61,779 nucleotides of DNA from a virus. Taxonomy: Duplodnaviria; Caudoviricetes. Of this stretch, positions 17,509-28,469 are shown piece after piece (position 1 is the first letter of the stretch; every line of letters begins with the position of its first letter). The notes under the pieces are model-generated. The model did not search any database, was not told the DNA's origin, and saw only the letters and a program-made list of their open reading frames with translations. The stretch covers positions 1-61,779 of the IMG/VR virus record IMGVR_UViG_3300023246_000570; one strand, 5' to 3'. The position numbers and the translations under genes are program-made.

Positions 17509-19818
17509 ATGGCAAACATAGCAAGAACATCTACCGAGAATTATATAGATTTTTTGCTTGAGTTAAAAGTCAACAAAGTAACACTATCTCAACAACAAAT
17601 AATTCTTTTAAAAAAGAATGGACATTTAAAATCTCCATTTGATAGAGTAAAGCCTCCGCTTGTAGGAAAAGACAAGTGGAAGGCTGACTTTACCTTAAAA
17701 AAGAAAAGTGAATTACAAGCAGATAAGCGTACTTCCATACTAATAGAACAACAAAACCTACCCACAGTATTAAACGAAGATGATTTAGACAGCCACCTAT
17801 CAAGTTTAAATGGAGTAGTAACACTACCAAAACAAATTATAAGAAATGATTGGATGCCTGAGAGCATAGTATATCATAAAAAAGAATTTGTTAAATGGAT
17901 AGACAGTATAATACTAAGCTTTCAAGACCGTGTAAGCTATAATAAATTTAATTTATACGTACAGCAAGCAGAAACATGGTTTGCCGAGAACATAAGTATT
18001 AATGATTTTGGAACGTATAGCGAGAGATACGACTATGCCATACAAGAATTTGATAGATGTAAAGACAACTCTTTATATGCTGTTTTAAAGTATGGTTATT
18101 TACAAGAGTCATCATTGGAATATGGAAGAAGAAAATACGAAGCAGGAGATGATTATACTCACCATAAAATAACTTGCTATTTAGTAGATTGTGGATATAG
18201 TCTTATAATAGGTAAGCCAAGACAGATAGGTGAGACTTCTATAATTGGTCTTATTGCAGTAATGAAAATGATTCTTACTCGTAACTATTTCATAAAATTT
18301 ATAACAGAAGATGAAAAAACAGGAGTAGAGATATTTGATGATAAGATTAAGTTTGGATTTTCTGAGCTACCAGAATGGTTTAAGCCAAATGTTTTAAACG
18401 ACAGAGACAGATTATTTAAAATAGGTGAGAAAGCAAAGAAAGGTGGAGACAAAGGAGTAAATAGTAAAATAGAAATCGTTCCTCCATCACGTACAGCTAT
18501 AAACGGTGGCTCTCCACAGCTTGTGTTTGTTGATGAGATAGGCTCAATTCCTATTCTTACCGATATGGTAAATGAGGGAAGACCTACAATGTTTTGGAAG
18601 AATCCAACTACGGGTAAATTAGAACAGAAACGTCAATTAATATTATTAGGAACTGGAACAACAGGAAAAGGCGGAGGAGCATACGAAAAAGAATGGAGTA
18701 GAATATATGGGTTATGGACAACAAAAGAATTTGAATCCGGCATAGTGCCTATATTTTTTGATTGGACTACAAGATGCAGTAAAGAAGAATACGACAGACA
18801 GAAAAAATACTACTATGGTTCACGTAGAACTATGGACGAGAAAGTAGATAGTGAAACTTCACGCATACAGTTTCATCAGCATTACCCTACCACGCCAAGA
18901 GATATGTTTATCTTTACTGACAAGACTTTAATGTCAAGAGACTTTATAGATAAAAATCTACTTAAAATAAGAAACATGAGAGAGGATATGCAACCTGTTC
19001 ATGGTTATTTTAAGCCTATTTTTGATAAGAACAAGCCTGTAGAGAATGAAGATGTCCCATTTAAAATAATAGGAGCAGAGTTTGTAGCAGCAAATGATGA
19101 CGAAATGGACAAGACCACAGCAGTAATGCTACACAGACCAAAGCAGGGATGGATAGACAGATACTATCAAGGAACAGACCCAATTTCAAGTGATACTGGC
19201 TCATCTAAAATGGCTTCTGCAATTTGGGACAAACAGTATAAGACTATCTCGTGTCTTGTTAATTTTAGACAGCCATCTAATCCTAAAGCAAGTTTTCTAC
19301 AATCTATGCTAATGGGAATATACTATGACACAAACGGCAGTGAAGGAGTAAGGGAGCTGTTAGAGAAAAACATTGGACTTGCTTACCGTAATTACAAAGA
19401 ATCAAAAGGATACTTAAACAGCTTGGTAATTAACGGAGAAATAGAAGAGTCTCTGCAATCAGGTGCATCATCAGACGTAGGAATAGATACAAAAGGAGTA
19501 AGGAAAGATTTTATCGTTGCACGTATGGGAGAAATGTTTAGAACTTTTGGAGACAATATATATTTAGAAGTACTTTTTCATCAGCTAACTACTTTTGTTT
19601 GTAAAGCCACAAGAACAGGTAAACCTACCTGGCAACCATTAGATAAAAGACATTACTATGACGATGCTTTAGATGCTGCTGTATTTGCTTATATTTGTTC
19701 ACTTTCATTTTTTGATTTAATACCCAAAAACATCACAACAGAGAGGATAGAGAAAAAGAAAGTTTGGAAAAATGTATATGATAAAGATTTTAATCAATCA
19801 AGAATTTTGGTTAGTTGA
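17509..19818 (+). CDS. terL: Terminase large subunit
   Basis: Walker A-like GKPRQIGETS, Walker B LVFVDEIG, GTGT coupling motif, RNase H-like GTDP and YDDALDA. Confidence 0.9.
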   Translation: MANIARTSTENYIDFLLELKVNKVTLSQQQIILLKKNGHLKSPFDRVKPPLVGKDKWKADFTLKKKSELQADKRTSILIEQQNLPTVLNEDDLDSHLSSLNGVVTLPKQIIRNDWMPESIVYHKKEFVKWIDSIILSFQDRVSYNKFNLYVQQAETWFAENISINDFGTYSERYDYAIQEFDRCKDNSLYAVLKYGYLQESSLEYGRRKYEAGDDYTHHKITCYLVDCGYSLIIGKPRQIGETSIIGLIAVMKMILTRNYFIKFITEDEKTGVEIFDDKIKFGFSELPEWFKPNVLNDRDRLFKIGEKAKKGGDKGVNSKIEIVPPSRTAINGGSPQLVFVDEIGSIPILTDMVNEGRPTMFWKNPTTGKLEQKRQLILLGTGTTGKGGGAYEKEWSRIYGLWTTKEFESGIVPIFFDWTTRCSKEEYDRQKKYYYGSRRTMDEKVDSETSRIQFHQHYPTTPRDMFIFTDKTLMSRDFIDKNLLKIRNMREDMQPVHGYFKPIFDKNKPVENEDVPFKIIGAEFVAANDDEMDKTTAVMLHRPKQGWIDRYYQGTDPISSDTGSSKMASAIWDKQYKTISCLVNFRQPSNPKASFLQSMLMGIYYDTNGSEGVRELLEKNIGLAYRNYKESKGYLNSLVINGEIEESLQSGASSDVGIDTKGVRKDFIVARMGEMFRTFGDNIYLEVLFHQLTTFVCKATRTGKPTWQPLDKRHYYDDALDAAVFAYICSLSFFDLIPKNITTERIEKKKVWKNVYDKDFNQSRILVS

Positions 19819-19840
19819 AAATTTTTCATATATTTGCACT

Positions 19841-20428
19841 ATGGCAACTAAGAATTTCCGTCCCAAATTACCTGTTGAAAAACTTACAAAACACAGAGAT
19901 GAACTAAGCGTATTTTGCTCTACAAGGGGTAGAAATACTGATTTAAAAAAGCTACATCCTGAACTTGCAACTACGCAAGAATTTAATGGTATATCACCTC
20001 CGCAACTTAAATTTGCATGGTATTATGCTATAAGATTTGCAAAAGCACAAGAAGATGTAAGAATAGAAAAAAGTATAAGTCTTGCTTTCTATGAACCACT
20101 AAATGCCGATGAAGCGTTTAAATATAAGAATGGTAACTTTCCTGAGAAAGTACGCAAAGCTATTGCTAAGTTTGGAGAGTATGATTTAGATATAAGAGTA
20201 AGGGCAAGATTAATTTCCGAGATAGTGTTATATAACTGGGAACAATTAGTTGATATAGATATAGACGATGCGGAAACAGACAAAAGCCAATATGTCGTTA
20301 TGTCAAAAACAATAATTTCAAATATGCCTGAACTAATTAAACAAGTAGAAAATGGATTTGGAGTAAGAGAATCGAAAGTAAAAGACGTACAAGAAAAATT
20401 CATTAATGATTTTCACGATAAAACTTAA
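19841..20428 (+). CDS. Hypothetical protein between terminase and portal (start revised to MATKNF)
   Basis: ATG 4 nt after the TATATTTG box at 19829-19836. Confidence 0.65.
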   Translation: MATKNFRPKLPVEKLTKHRDELSVFCSTRGRNTDLKKLHPELATTQEFNGISPPQLKFAWYYAIRFAKAQEDVRIEKSISLAFYEPLNADEAFKYKNGNFPEKVRKAIAKFGEYDLDIRVRARLISEIVLYNWEQLVDIDIDDAETDKSQYVVMSKTIISNMPELIKQVENGFGVRESKVKDVQEKFINDFHDKT

Positions 20429-20433
20429 TAGAT

Positions 20434-22653
20434 ATGAGTGATTATATGCCAAACATAATAACAGGAGGGCACGACAAGCCCAATAGATTTGAAACAAATA
20501 CTGATGGAGAGCAATATCATATTGATAATGCAAGATATTGCATTTGGGAAGGGTTTGATACAAGAGCTACTTCATTTCAAATGCAAGCCAATACCAACAG
20601 ACAATTTGTAAGAGGCAACCAATGGTCTTTCAATGAAGATGCGGAAGCGTTCTTTATGGATAACTCAGGACAAGGAAGAAACAGAATAAAAGTTATTGAC
20701 AACTGCATGAAGCCAATAGTAGAACAGTATCGTGGAAATGCAATAATAATGGATATTACAACAGGAGCAGAAGCATTAAGCTATAAAGCAATAAACAGAA
20801 GAGAAGAACTGCTGGCACAACAACAATATTTTACAGAAGTAGCAGCACAATCAAGTCCTCAATTTGCTTCTTATTTAAAAGCTAAAATGTCAATAGGAGA
20901 TAACGAGCAAGAAACTGAAACTATATTTGAAAATCTATATACAGATACTTATGTTGATTGTATCAATTCTATTAATGAATATGTTTTTAAAGAAAACAAA
21001 TTAAAAGAAAAACAAGGAGATGCTTCTTTAGATTTATCACAATCAGGAATGGTTGTTTTTAAATATTTCATACATAACGGAGAATTAAAATGGAGAAGAG
21101 TTGTTCCTGAAAGATTTTTCTTTGATAGAAATTGTACTGAAAGCGATACTTCCGATGCTTTATTTTGGGGAGAATTTGATTACATGACTCCTTCTACTAT
21201 GTTTGAAAGATACCAAAACCTTTCAATAGATGAAAGAAAAGCAATAGAACAAGAAGCTTCAAGTACAAAAACTGTATCCGGCAACACATCCACAAGAGGT
21301 GGAAGAGTACCTGTATTTTGGACATACTGGCGAGACTTCAAACAATACGAATACGGATATGTATTAGATGAATATGGTTATCCAATGTGTGTGCAGATAG
21401 GGTTTATAGAAGAAGGAAAAACAAAACCAAGATATACAAAAAAAGATATTCTACCTTTAAAAGACTTAACAGAGGGACAGAAGAAAATACTAAAAGGTAA
21501 AAATATTACTAAACTCTATTTCGACATATTAAAATACTGTGTGTTTATACCTTCTGAAATAGTAACACTCCCAATACGTGATAAGAAAAAAACAGATATA
21601 GTATTAGAATACGGAGAAATGCCATATCCTAATACAGAATATTTAGATGTATCAAATGTAATGCCTCCTTTTTGTGTAGGACAATGGAACTTTAACGAAG
21701 GCTACACAGAGACAAATCTATCTCAGCTAATAAACCCACAAAGAATAATCAATAGGTATCTTTCTGTTGAAGAACAGCAAGTGAATAGTGCTCATGGTAA
21801 GTTTTTGGCTTATGATAAAACAATGATTGACCCACAAACAGGAGAAGCAGAACTATTGAACAATATGTATCAGGGCAAACCAACACCAGTAAACGCAAGA
21901 GGAAGAGGAATAAATAACGCTATTGCAGAAGTTGGTTCTGTTGTTGATAACTCAACCCTTGTATATGGGGCACTGCAAGAGAGTAAGAAAAATTCCATAG
22001 ACAGAATGAGTGGAATCAATGCAAGTCTAAGAGGGGAATCTCAAGGTTCAGATCAGCTTGTTGGAGTAACACAATTACAAATACAAAGAGGTTCGCTAAT
22101 TCAAGAATCTTTTTATGATACACTTGCAAATGTTTTTCTGCAAATGGCACAAGCTACAGCCAATGTTGGTAAGCGAGTCTATTTCGAAAACCCAAGAAAA
22201 CTTGCAATAATACTCGGAGATACCAAAGCTGCTGTTATAGCAAAAGTAAAAGATTTAAAACTTGAAGACTTTAGAATATTTGTATCAAGACAAAACAACA
22301 GACAAGAACAAATAGATAATGGAAATATGGTTCTGTTAGCATTGTCAGATAGAGGTAAAATAGATGATGCACAATTTGCAGACCTCTATATGAGAAGCAC
22401 TCCACCGGAAATAGCAAAAGCATTAAGATTAAAAGCTAAAGAAATGAACCTACTTGCGTTGCAACAAAACAAAGCAATGCAACAACAAATACCGGAAGTA
22501 GAGAATCAACAAGCACAAGAAGGATTAGCTATGGCAGGAGAAGGAAGAAGACAGGAGAAAATCCAGGCTGACGAGAAACAGAAAGACAGAGATGGTAAGA
22601 TGGAAGAGACTATTATGAAATTAGCAGCTAATCAGGAAGCTAAATCTAAATAA
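20434..22653 (+). CDS. Portal protein
   Basis: 739 aa, just downstream of terL, with LINPQRIIN and DRMSGINASLRG segments and a Q-rich C-terminal barrel typical of podovirus portals. Confidence 0.85.
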   Translation: MSDYMPNIITGGHDKPNRFETNTDGEQYHIDNARYCIWEGFDTRATSFQMQANTNRQFVRGNQWSFNEDAEAFFMDNSGQGRNRIKVIDNCMKPIVEQYRGNAIIMDITTGAEALSYKAINRREELLAQQQYFTEVAAQSSPQFASYLKAKMSIGDNEQETETIFENLYTDTYVDCINSINEYVFKENKLKEKQGDASLDLSQSGMVVFKYFIHNGELKWRRVVPERFFFDRNCTESDTSDALFWGEFDYMTPSTMFERYQNLSIDERKAIEQEASSTKTVSGNTSTRGGRVPVFWTYWRDFKQYEYGYVLDEYGYPMCVQIGFIEEGKTKPRYTKKDILPLKDLTEGQKKILKGKNITKLYFDILKYCVFIPSEIVTLPIRDKKKTDIVLEYGEMPYPNTEYLDVSNVMPPFCVGQWNFNEGYTETNLSQLINPQRIINRYLSVEEQQVNSAHGKFLAYDKTMIDPQTGEAELLNNMYQGKPTPVNARGRGINNAIAEVGSVVDNSTLVYGALQESKKNSIDRMSGINASLRGESQGSDQLVGVTQLQIQRGSLIQESFYDTLANVFLQMAQATANVGKRVYFENPRKLAIILGDTKAAVIAKVKDLKLEDFRIFVSRQNNRQEQIDNGNMVLLALSDRGKIDDAQFADLYMRSTPPEIAKALRLKAKEMNLLALQQNKAMQQQIPEVENQQAQEGLAMAGEGRRQEKIQADEKQKDRDGKMEETIMKLAANQEAKSK

Positions 22654-22789
22654 AAAAAGGAGGTAATCACTCCTCCTTCAATTAACCAAAAAAATTAAAT
22701 TCTTATTTAATTCCAATCAAAACAACTATAAGTATTATTATAATATATAAATTCTATAGTCGTAGTAATAATGCTTTCATATTTCATAA

Positions 22790-23359
22790 TTAATATTTTA
22801 TCTTATTAATAATTATATTTTTATCATCTGCTATATCGGCAGGAGTCCATTGGAAGTAAAGTTTCTCTAAACATATACTGAAATACTTTTGTAGAAACTT
22901 AGCCGTTCTTTGACTGCAAGTATATCTTCCTTTTTTATTCTTCTTTCTTCCCCACCACGTATCTCTACCAGTCCATTTAAACCAAAGAGAGTTAATCTTA
23001 AACACTAAAATATCAACATAAGCATAATTAGTAAACCTATCTTCTGATGCTTCTTTTAACATCTCTAAATTAAATTTATCAATTTGTTTCTCTGTTAATT
23101 CCTGATTAACTATTGCGCCTAAGTATATCTTATGTCCTGGAATAACATATTCCTCAATAAAAGGATTAATGTCAAACTGTCCTGGATAATCTTCTTCTGC
23201 TACACACAAAATATCATCCATCCAAACAAATATACCAACATGGTTTAATTTGTAATATTTATTTTCTTTAGCTTTTTGTGCTTTCTTAATTTGTTTTGCT
23301 ATCCACTTATCGCCATCTAAAAATAGCAAATCTCCTGTTTTTATGTAATCGTAATTCAT
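22790..23359 (-). CDS. Permuted papain-like NlpC/P60 (YiiX/YebB-like) amidase
   Basis: KTGDLLF ... NHVGI ... YTCSQ, with His before Cys as in the permuted fold. Confidence 0.75.
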   Translation of the reverse strand: MNYDYIKTGDLLFLDGDKWIAKQIKKAQKAKENKYYKLNHVGIFVWMDDILCVAEEDYPGQFDINPFIEEYVIPGHKIYLGAIVNQELTEKQIDKFNLEMLKEASEDRFTNYAYVDILVFKINSLWFKWTGRDTWWGRKKNKKGRYTCSQRTAKFLQKYFSICLEKLYFQWTPADIADDKNIIINKIKY

Positions 23360-23643
23360 TAGAGTAAGTCTGTTAATTTAATTATTAATCCTATTATAGT
23401 ACCACATACTGTGGCTATTGTTATTGCTACGCCTATTGTCCACTTGTTCTTCTCTCTTGTCTTTTCAAGACTTCTTATTTTTTTCTTATTACAACCAACG
23501 CCTTGTATTAGTCCTGTTTTATCAAATTTGTCGCCTATCAAGACTACTTCGATTCTGTTAACAGTATCTTCTACCCTCTTCATAGATTCTCCTAATCCAT
23601 TTATGGTGTCTCCATGTTGCTGTAATGTTACCTCTATATTCAT
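23359..23643 (-). CDS. Coiled-coil protein with C-terminal TM helix (holin-like, tentative)
   Basis: Coiled N-terminus and one C-terminal hydrophobic helix. Confidence 0.5.
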   Translation of the reverse strand: MNIEVTLQQHGDTINGLGESMKRVEDTVNRIEVVLIGDKFDKTGLIQGVGCNKKKIRSLEKTREKNKWTIGVAITIATVCGTIIGLIIKLTDLL

Positions 23644-25382
23644 TAATCTGAAATTATTATATGATTGATAATCTTTTCACCTGTTGATAAATTAAAGGTA
23701 GCAATACTCCCTGTAAAGCTAAAGAAAACAGCTAAATCAATAATTGCATTAGCTATTGTATCTTCATAATCTACTCCACCTCCACCACCACCACCTATAT
23801 CATAGGTAAGTTTTATTGTTTTACTATCATTAGATACTACTAAGTCTTTTAATATAGTACCATTACCTGTACACTCTAATTCTTTAGTATCTTTATCTAC
23901 TTCGTTAATTCTATAACTTCCTGTTCCAGCCTTGAATCCTTTAATATTACATACACTATCTATCGGGTTATCATTAAACTGTTCGTGTAAATATATATTA
24001 TTCCAATCAGTATCTAAAAATTCCTCTGTTGTTTCTGCTGCATTAAGCACAGGAGCAACACTTGTATAAAGCTCTGTCTTATCTAATAGATAAGGTACTA
24101 ATACTCTTTGTCCGTTATATTTTACTCTTGTGCATCCGTAATCTTCGTTGTAAGAATAAGTATCTTGTGTTACCCATTGCGATTGTAATACTGTTCCTAA
24201 TATTGTGTATTCTGTGCCTAAATTGACATCATATATCTTATTGCTATATCCTATTGATAATGGAATGTTTAAATCATTAAATAGTATGTAATTGATAACC
24301 CCTTTTACATAATAAGCAGCCGAATACGATTGTTGATTAAAGTAAACATAAAAGGGACTACTGCCTATCCAATCTCTGTTAATCGTATTAGTGTAACTCA
24401 CTCCATTTATTATTATTGTAGCATCTTCTCCGCTTACTCCAGACCAGCTAAACTCTATTTCGTGATTTCCACCAATAGAAATTAATGACCCACCTGCTAA
24501 ATTAGTGATTGTTTGGGTAGTGCCATCACTCACAAAAAGCCTAAATCCTATTACTTTGTGATAAAACAAAGAACATCCTTTTTGATAAGCGACCGTCCCT
24601 CCACAACTAAAAAATGAGCCATAAAATCCACTATCAAACCCGTAAATTTTGGATTTATAATATATACTTTCTCCACCTACCAGATGGGCTAAAATCCTTA
24701 TCGCATTATCTGTCCCATTAAAATTAAAACCATAATTACCTAAGTTATAATTAACTCTTCCTCTTACAGGAGGAGCTACCCATGCTCCTAAATCAAACTT
24801 TCTTTTAGCTTGTGCTACTTCTAAATTACTATATGAATGACCTGCTAATACTACATTGGTAATCTTTCCAGTGAAATATTGTGCTGCTGTTTCTCTTTTA
24901 CCTATATAAACATCATCATCACCAAACCTATCACTTCCATTATTATATGTAGTAACTTGTACTCCATTTAACCAACAGTCATAATAACTACCATTCCATA
25001 TTAAAATAATTTGATTATGTCCTCTTGGGATATTATCTTTAATATATCCTCCTTCTGCCACACTGTCTTTAATCCAAGAAAATGTTTCATTTGTATATGT
25101 TCCATTATCTATCCCTAATGTAAATCTTCCTTCTGTACCTCCTACGCTACCTAATACATTTGCTACACTTGCAGCAGTTACTTCATCATCTAAATAAAAT
25201 TCTAAAAGTATAGTATCAAAATTACCTGAAATAGTGTTAGAGTAAATATATTGACTTGCCTCACAATTCATAGCCCACCCTTTCTTAGTTAAAACAGTTG
25301 TGGGACTATTTACTTTAGTTATTGTACTTCCTTGTAAATCTATGAAGCTGCTGTTATATATAGGTATTGAAAATATATTCAT
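23643..25382 (-). CDS. LamG/concanavalin-like virion fibre protein
   Basis: WNGSYYDCWLNG, YFTGKITNV and FNFNGTDN LamG-like motifs. Confidence 0.65.
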   Translation of the reverse strand: MNIFSIPIYNSSFIDLQGSTITKVNSPTTVLTKKGWAMNCEASQYIYSNTISGNFDTILLEFYLDDEVTAASVANVLGSVGGTEGRFTLGIDNGTYTNETFSWIKDSVAEGGYIKDNIPRGHNQIILIWNGSYYDCWLNGVQVTTYNNGSDRFGDDDVYIGKRETAAQYFTGKITNVVLAGHSYSNLEVAQAKRKFDLGAWVAPPVRGRVNYNLGNYGFNFNGTDNAIRILAHLVGGESIYYKSKIYGFDSGFYGSFFSCGGTVAYQKGCSLFYHKVIGFRLFVSDGTTQTITNLAGGSLISIGGNHEIEFSWSGVSGEDATIIINGVSYTNTINRDWIGSSPFYVYFNQQSYSAAYYVKGVINYILFNDLNIPLSIGYSNKIYDVNLGTEYTILGTVLQSQWVTQDTYSYNEDYGCTRVKYNGQRVLVPYLLDKTELYTSVAPVLNAAETTEEFLDTDWNNIYLHEQFNDNPIDSVCNIKGFKAGTGSYRINEVDKDTKELECTGNGTILKDLVVSNDSKTIKLTYDIGGGGGGGVDYEDTIANAIIDLAVFFSFTGSIATFNLSTGEKIINHIIISD

Positions 25383-25394
25383 CTTATCTTTTAT

Positions 25395-26696
25395 TTAATA
25401 TCCGTAATTTGATTTACTACTATTATAGTTTCTCGCTTTATCTTCTCCTGTTAATGCTATATTATATATTTTATGTTGATTCATTAAACCATCAAAGGCA
25501 TGTGCTTGATATGAGTTATCGCCCATATATAAATACCAACCAGAATCATCTTTTACTGTACTAGTAGGAGTAGCAATTACATCTAAAGCTACTATAATAT
25601 TATTAACTTCTATAACAGGTACATTAGCTACATCATCAGCATTATAAGTAACTGAGACATGGTTAAACTTTCTAAGGCTTACGTCTCGATTAGTAGTTAT
25701 CCATTCTCCATTAGTACCATCAAAGTAAATCTTAAATTGTAACTTACATTTACCATTAGTTTCACCTACAGTTCTAAATGAAACATAAGACTTACTAAAT
25801 ATAGCACCAAGATTATTCTCCCCATCACTATAAGGATTAATCCATGCCTCCCATGTACCTCCACCTACAAAAATATTATTTATAGCATCAGGTTTACCTA
25901 TTGTCATTCGACTATGGGAAGCTTCAGTATAGAAAGTATTATATATAGAACCATTCCTTCTAGTAGTTATAGCGATTTGGTCTAATATAGGATTTCCCAT
26001 ATAATCAATTAGAACACTTGTTCTACTATCTATATTCATTACTAATCCGTCTGTAACAGGTGTATATAAATTATTATTAAATATAGAAAGTGCTTCTCCT
26101 GCTGACAATGTTCTCTTATATATAGTAACACTATCCATATCTATAGCCAAAGTGCCACTATCTCCTACATTTGCTCCTAACTGAAACCTATTTACAGCAA
26201 AATGTACAGGACTACCGGTATCAGTTGTTGTTGTAGCTGCTACTTCTAATCCTGCTTTATATAAAACAACAAGTAATGAACCATCTGCTGGATTTACACC
26301 TACTGTCATAATCATCTGTTGATAATTATTCCATTGTGCTCTATAGTATGTTTGTTGTCTATAATTCCCAGCACTTGATAATAAGTAAATAGAGAATGTT
26401 GTTACTCCCCATACTGCCCATATACAACTATTAACATCTATTACATGACTAAACATATAATCTCCTACAGGCATATTCGCAAACCTTTCTGCTAAATTTA
26501 TTACATAACTTACACCATCTGTAGTATTAGCTTTTACAGCAGGATAATCAATCTTACCATTAGAAAAAGTCATTACACCATCATCTACTGTAACATTAGT
26601 TGATGTACCTCCATTATCTAATATAGAGGCAGCAGTATTACCTACTTCTCGAAGTATTACGTCTATGTCTTGTGATATATAACTTTTCTTACTCAT
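25395..26696 (-). CDS. LamG/concanavalin-like virion protein
   Basis: TWEAWINP, NHVSVTYN, FDGLMNQHKIYNIALT and IYKRTLSAGE motifs. Confidence 0.75.
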   Translation of the reverse strand: MSKKSYISQDIDVILREVGNTAASILDNGGTSTNVTVDDGVMTFSNGKIDYPAVKANTTDGVSYVINLAERFANMPVGDYMFSHVIDVNSCIWAVWGVTTFSIYLLSSAGNYRQQTYYRAQWNNYQQMIMTVGVNPADGSLLVVLYKAGLEVAATTTTDTGSPVHFAVNRFQLGANVGDSGTLAIDMDSVTIYKRTLSAGEALSIFNNNLYTPVTDGLVMNIDSRTSVLIDYMGNPILDQIAITTRRNGSIYNTFYTEASHSRMTIGKPDAINNIFVGGGTWEAWINPYSDGENNLGAIFSKSYVSFRTVGETNGKCKLQFKIYFDGTNGEWITTNRDVSLRKFNHVSVTYNADDVANVPVIEVNNIIVALDVIATPTSTVKDDSGWYLYMGDNSYQAHAFDGLMNQHKIYNIALTGEDKARNYNSSKSNYGY

Positions 26697-26697
26697 A

Positions 26698-28458
26698 TTA
26701 AGTTAATTTAGCAAATCCTGTAAAATTAATATCTGTTCCTGCTATTACTGTTACATCAAACTCAACTACTAAATATTCACATACAATAGGTGTATCTAAA
26801 TACCATGTATATTTATCTCCACCTGTTGCGGTAGTATCACCTGTTGGATTATGACTAGCTGCACCTGTTAAATCATTTGTTACATCATCCCAATTTTCAC
26901 TTGTTAATAATGCTTGTGTAACTGCTGTAGTAATATCGGGGTCATTAGTTGACCATACTTTAATAGTTGTATCATCTGTTGCTGCATCACCAACTACTTT
27001 TACATATATGCTACCATTCTTATAAGTGTCCATTGGTATTAACCAATATACTTGTCCTGCTCCTGTGGCTTGAGCATAAGTAACAGAATAAGTTTCTGTA
27101 ACTCTATGATTATGTTCAGGAGATTGCTCTATAATCCTTCCTGCTTGTTCTGTATCATCATAATTAGCATTCTTAACATAACCATTGCTTTTTGTTGCAA
27201 TAGGAGTATAGTCTAAATCTGTACCAGAAAATGCTGCTCCGTTATCATTACGTACTCCCAATATCTGAATACCAGCATCTGCTGTAGTATGTCCTGCATC
27301 TTCTGCATATACTGCTGTTGCAATAGTAGCTGTAGAAGTAGCAATATTCCCTGTGTCAGTATCAATAGTAGTAAGTATTGCCGCCTGTGCAAGCATAATA
27401 GTGTCATCTGTAGCAATAGTGACTGATTGTGAAGCTACCATTGCTCCTGTACCAAATGCTAATAATGTTGCTAAACCTGTATCTACTGTGTACATCTCTC
27501 TCTTTAATGACATAGCAAACATTCCAATATCATTAGCATCTAATGATATATCTGTTGGGACTGCCACACCCATTATTCCAAGTCCTTTTGTTGCACCTGT
27601 TGTATGAGTTGCTGTATCATCTACAAAAACACAATCATCTAATAAGCTAAGTGACGTTACCATCGCTTGGCTATTAATCTCATGTGTCCATAAATATCCT
27701 TTGTCATCAGTTGTAAGTGGAATATAATCTCCATCTGCTGCCAATCCTGATGGTGTGTCATCTCTTACTGCTAATATTTGCATTCCAATATCTCCAGAAG
27801 CATGTACTGAATCTTCTGCATAATACGGACTAGCTACTGTTGTTACGTTTGTATAAACAACAAATGTGTCTGTATTTGTAAATGTAACTCCAGTAACAGT
27901 TATAATTGGATTTGCATAAGTTATCAAAGTATCTTGTCTGTTATACGAAGCCACAAATGTTCCGGCAGTATCATATCTATCAATCTTCTCAATATCTTGT
28001 GCTGTAAATTCAGCCAACGTATGCCATGTAGGTAAATTAGATATTGTAATACCTGTGGCTGCTTGATATACGGCAGTAAAAGTAGTATTGTTTACTGGAG
28101 GATTAGCAGTCTTACCTACCAACGTAGAATATCCACCCTCCAAAGAACTAATAAGTCCTTCAATGGTAGTCATCGAAGAAGACGTTGTTGACGTATCATT
28201 CCATCCTTCAAGCAATGTTACCAATGCTGCTAAATTAGCTACCACTGGAGCTGTAATATCGCCAACAGCAATTTGTGCCACCTGAGTCGTTATCTCACTT
28301 TGTATAATCACATAATCGCTATCAGCACCTGTGCCACTCATATCTACTGGAGTAACAGAATAATTCTTAGTTATAAATTGGTAGTCTGGAGTACTTCCCC
28401 ATCCCAACCTTATACTATTACCACTATCTGCAAGTGTTACTGTTCTTTTAAGTCCCAT
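26698..28458 (-). CDS. Virion structural/tail fibre protein
   Basis: T/A-rich with internal AEDxxHxxGD.G.QIL.VR.D repeats; lies in the structural operon. Confidence 0.65.
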   Translation of the reverse strand: MGLKRTVTLADSGNSIRLGWGSTPDYQFITKNYSVTPVDMSGTGADSDYVIIQSEITTQVAQIAVGDITAPVVANLAALVTLLEGWNDTSTTSSSMTTIEGLISSLEGGYSTLVGKTANPPVNNTTFTAVYQAATGITISNLPTWHTLAEFTAQDIEKIDRYDTAGTFVASYNRQDTLITYANPIITVTGVTFTNTDTFVVYTNVTTVASPYYAEDSVHASGDIGMQILAVRDDTPSGLAADGDYIPLTTDDKGYLWTHEINSQAMVTSLSLLDDCVFVDDTATHTTGATKGLGIMGVAVPTDISLDANDIGMFAMSLKREMYTVDTGLATLLAFGTGAMVASQSVTIATDDTIMLAQAAILTTIDTDTGNIATSTATIATAVYAEDAGHTTADAGIQILGVRNDNGAAFSGTDLDYTPIATKSNGYVKNANYDDTEQAGRIIEQSPEHNHRVTETYSVTYAQATGAGQVYWLIPMDTYKNGSIYVKVVGDAATDDTTIKVWSTNDPDITTAVTQALLTSENWDDVTNDLTGAASHNPTGDTTATGGDKYTWYLDTPIVCEYLVVEFDVTVIAGTDINFTGFAKLT

Positions 28459-28469
28459 AATTTAAAAAT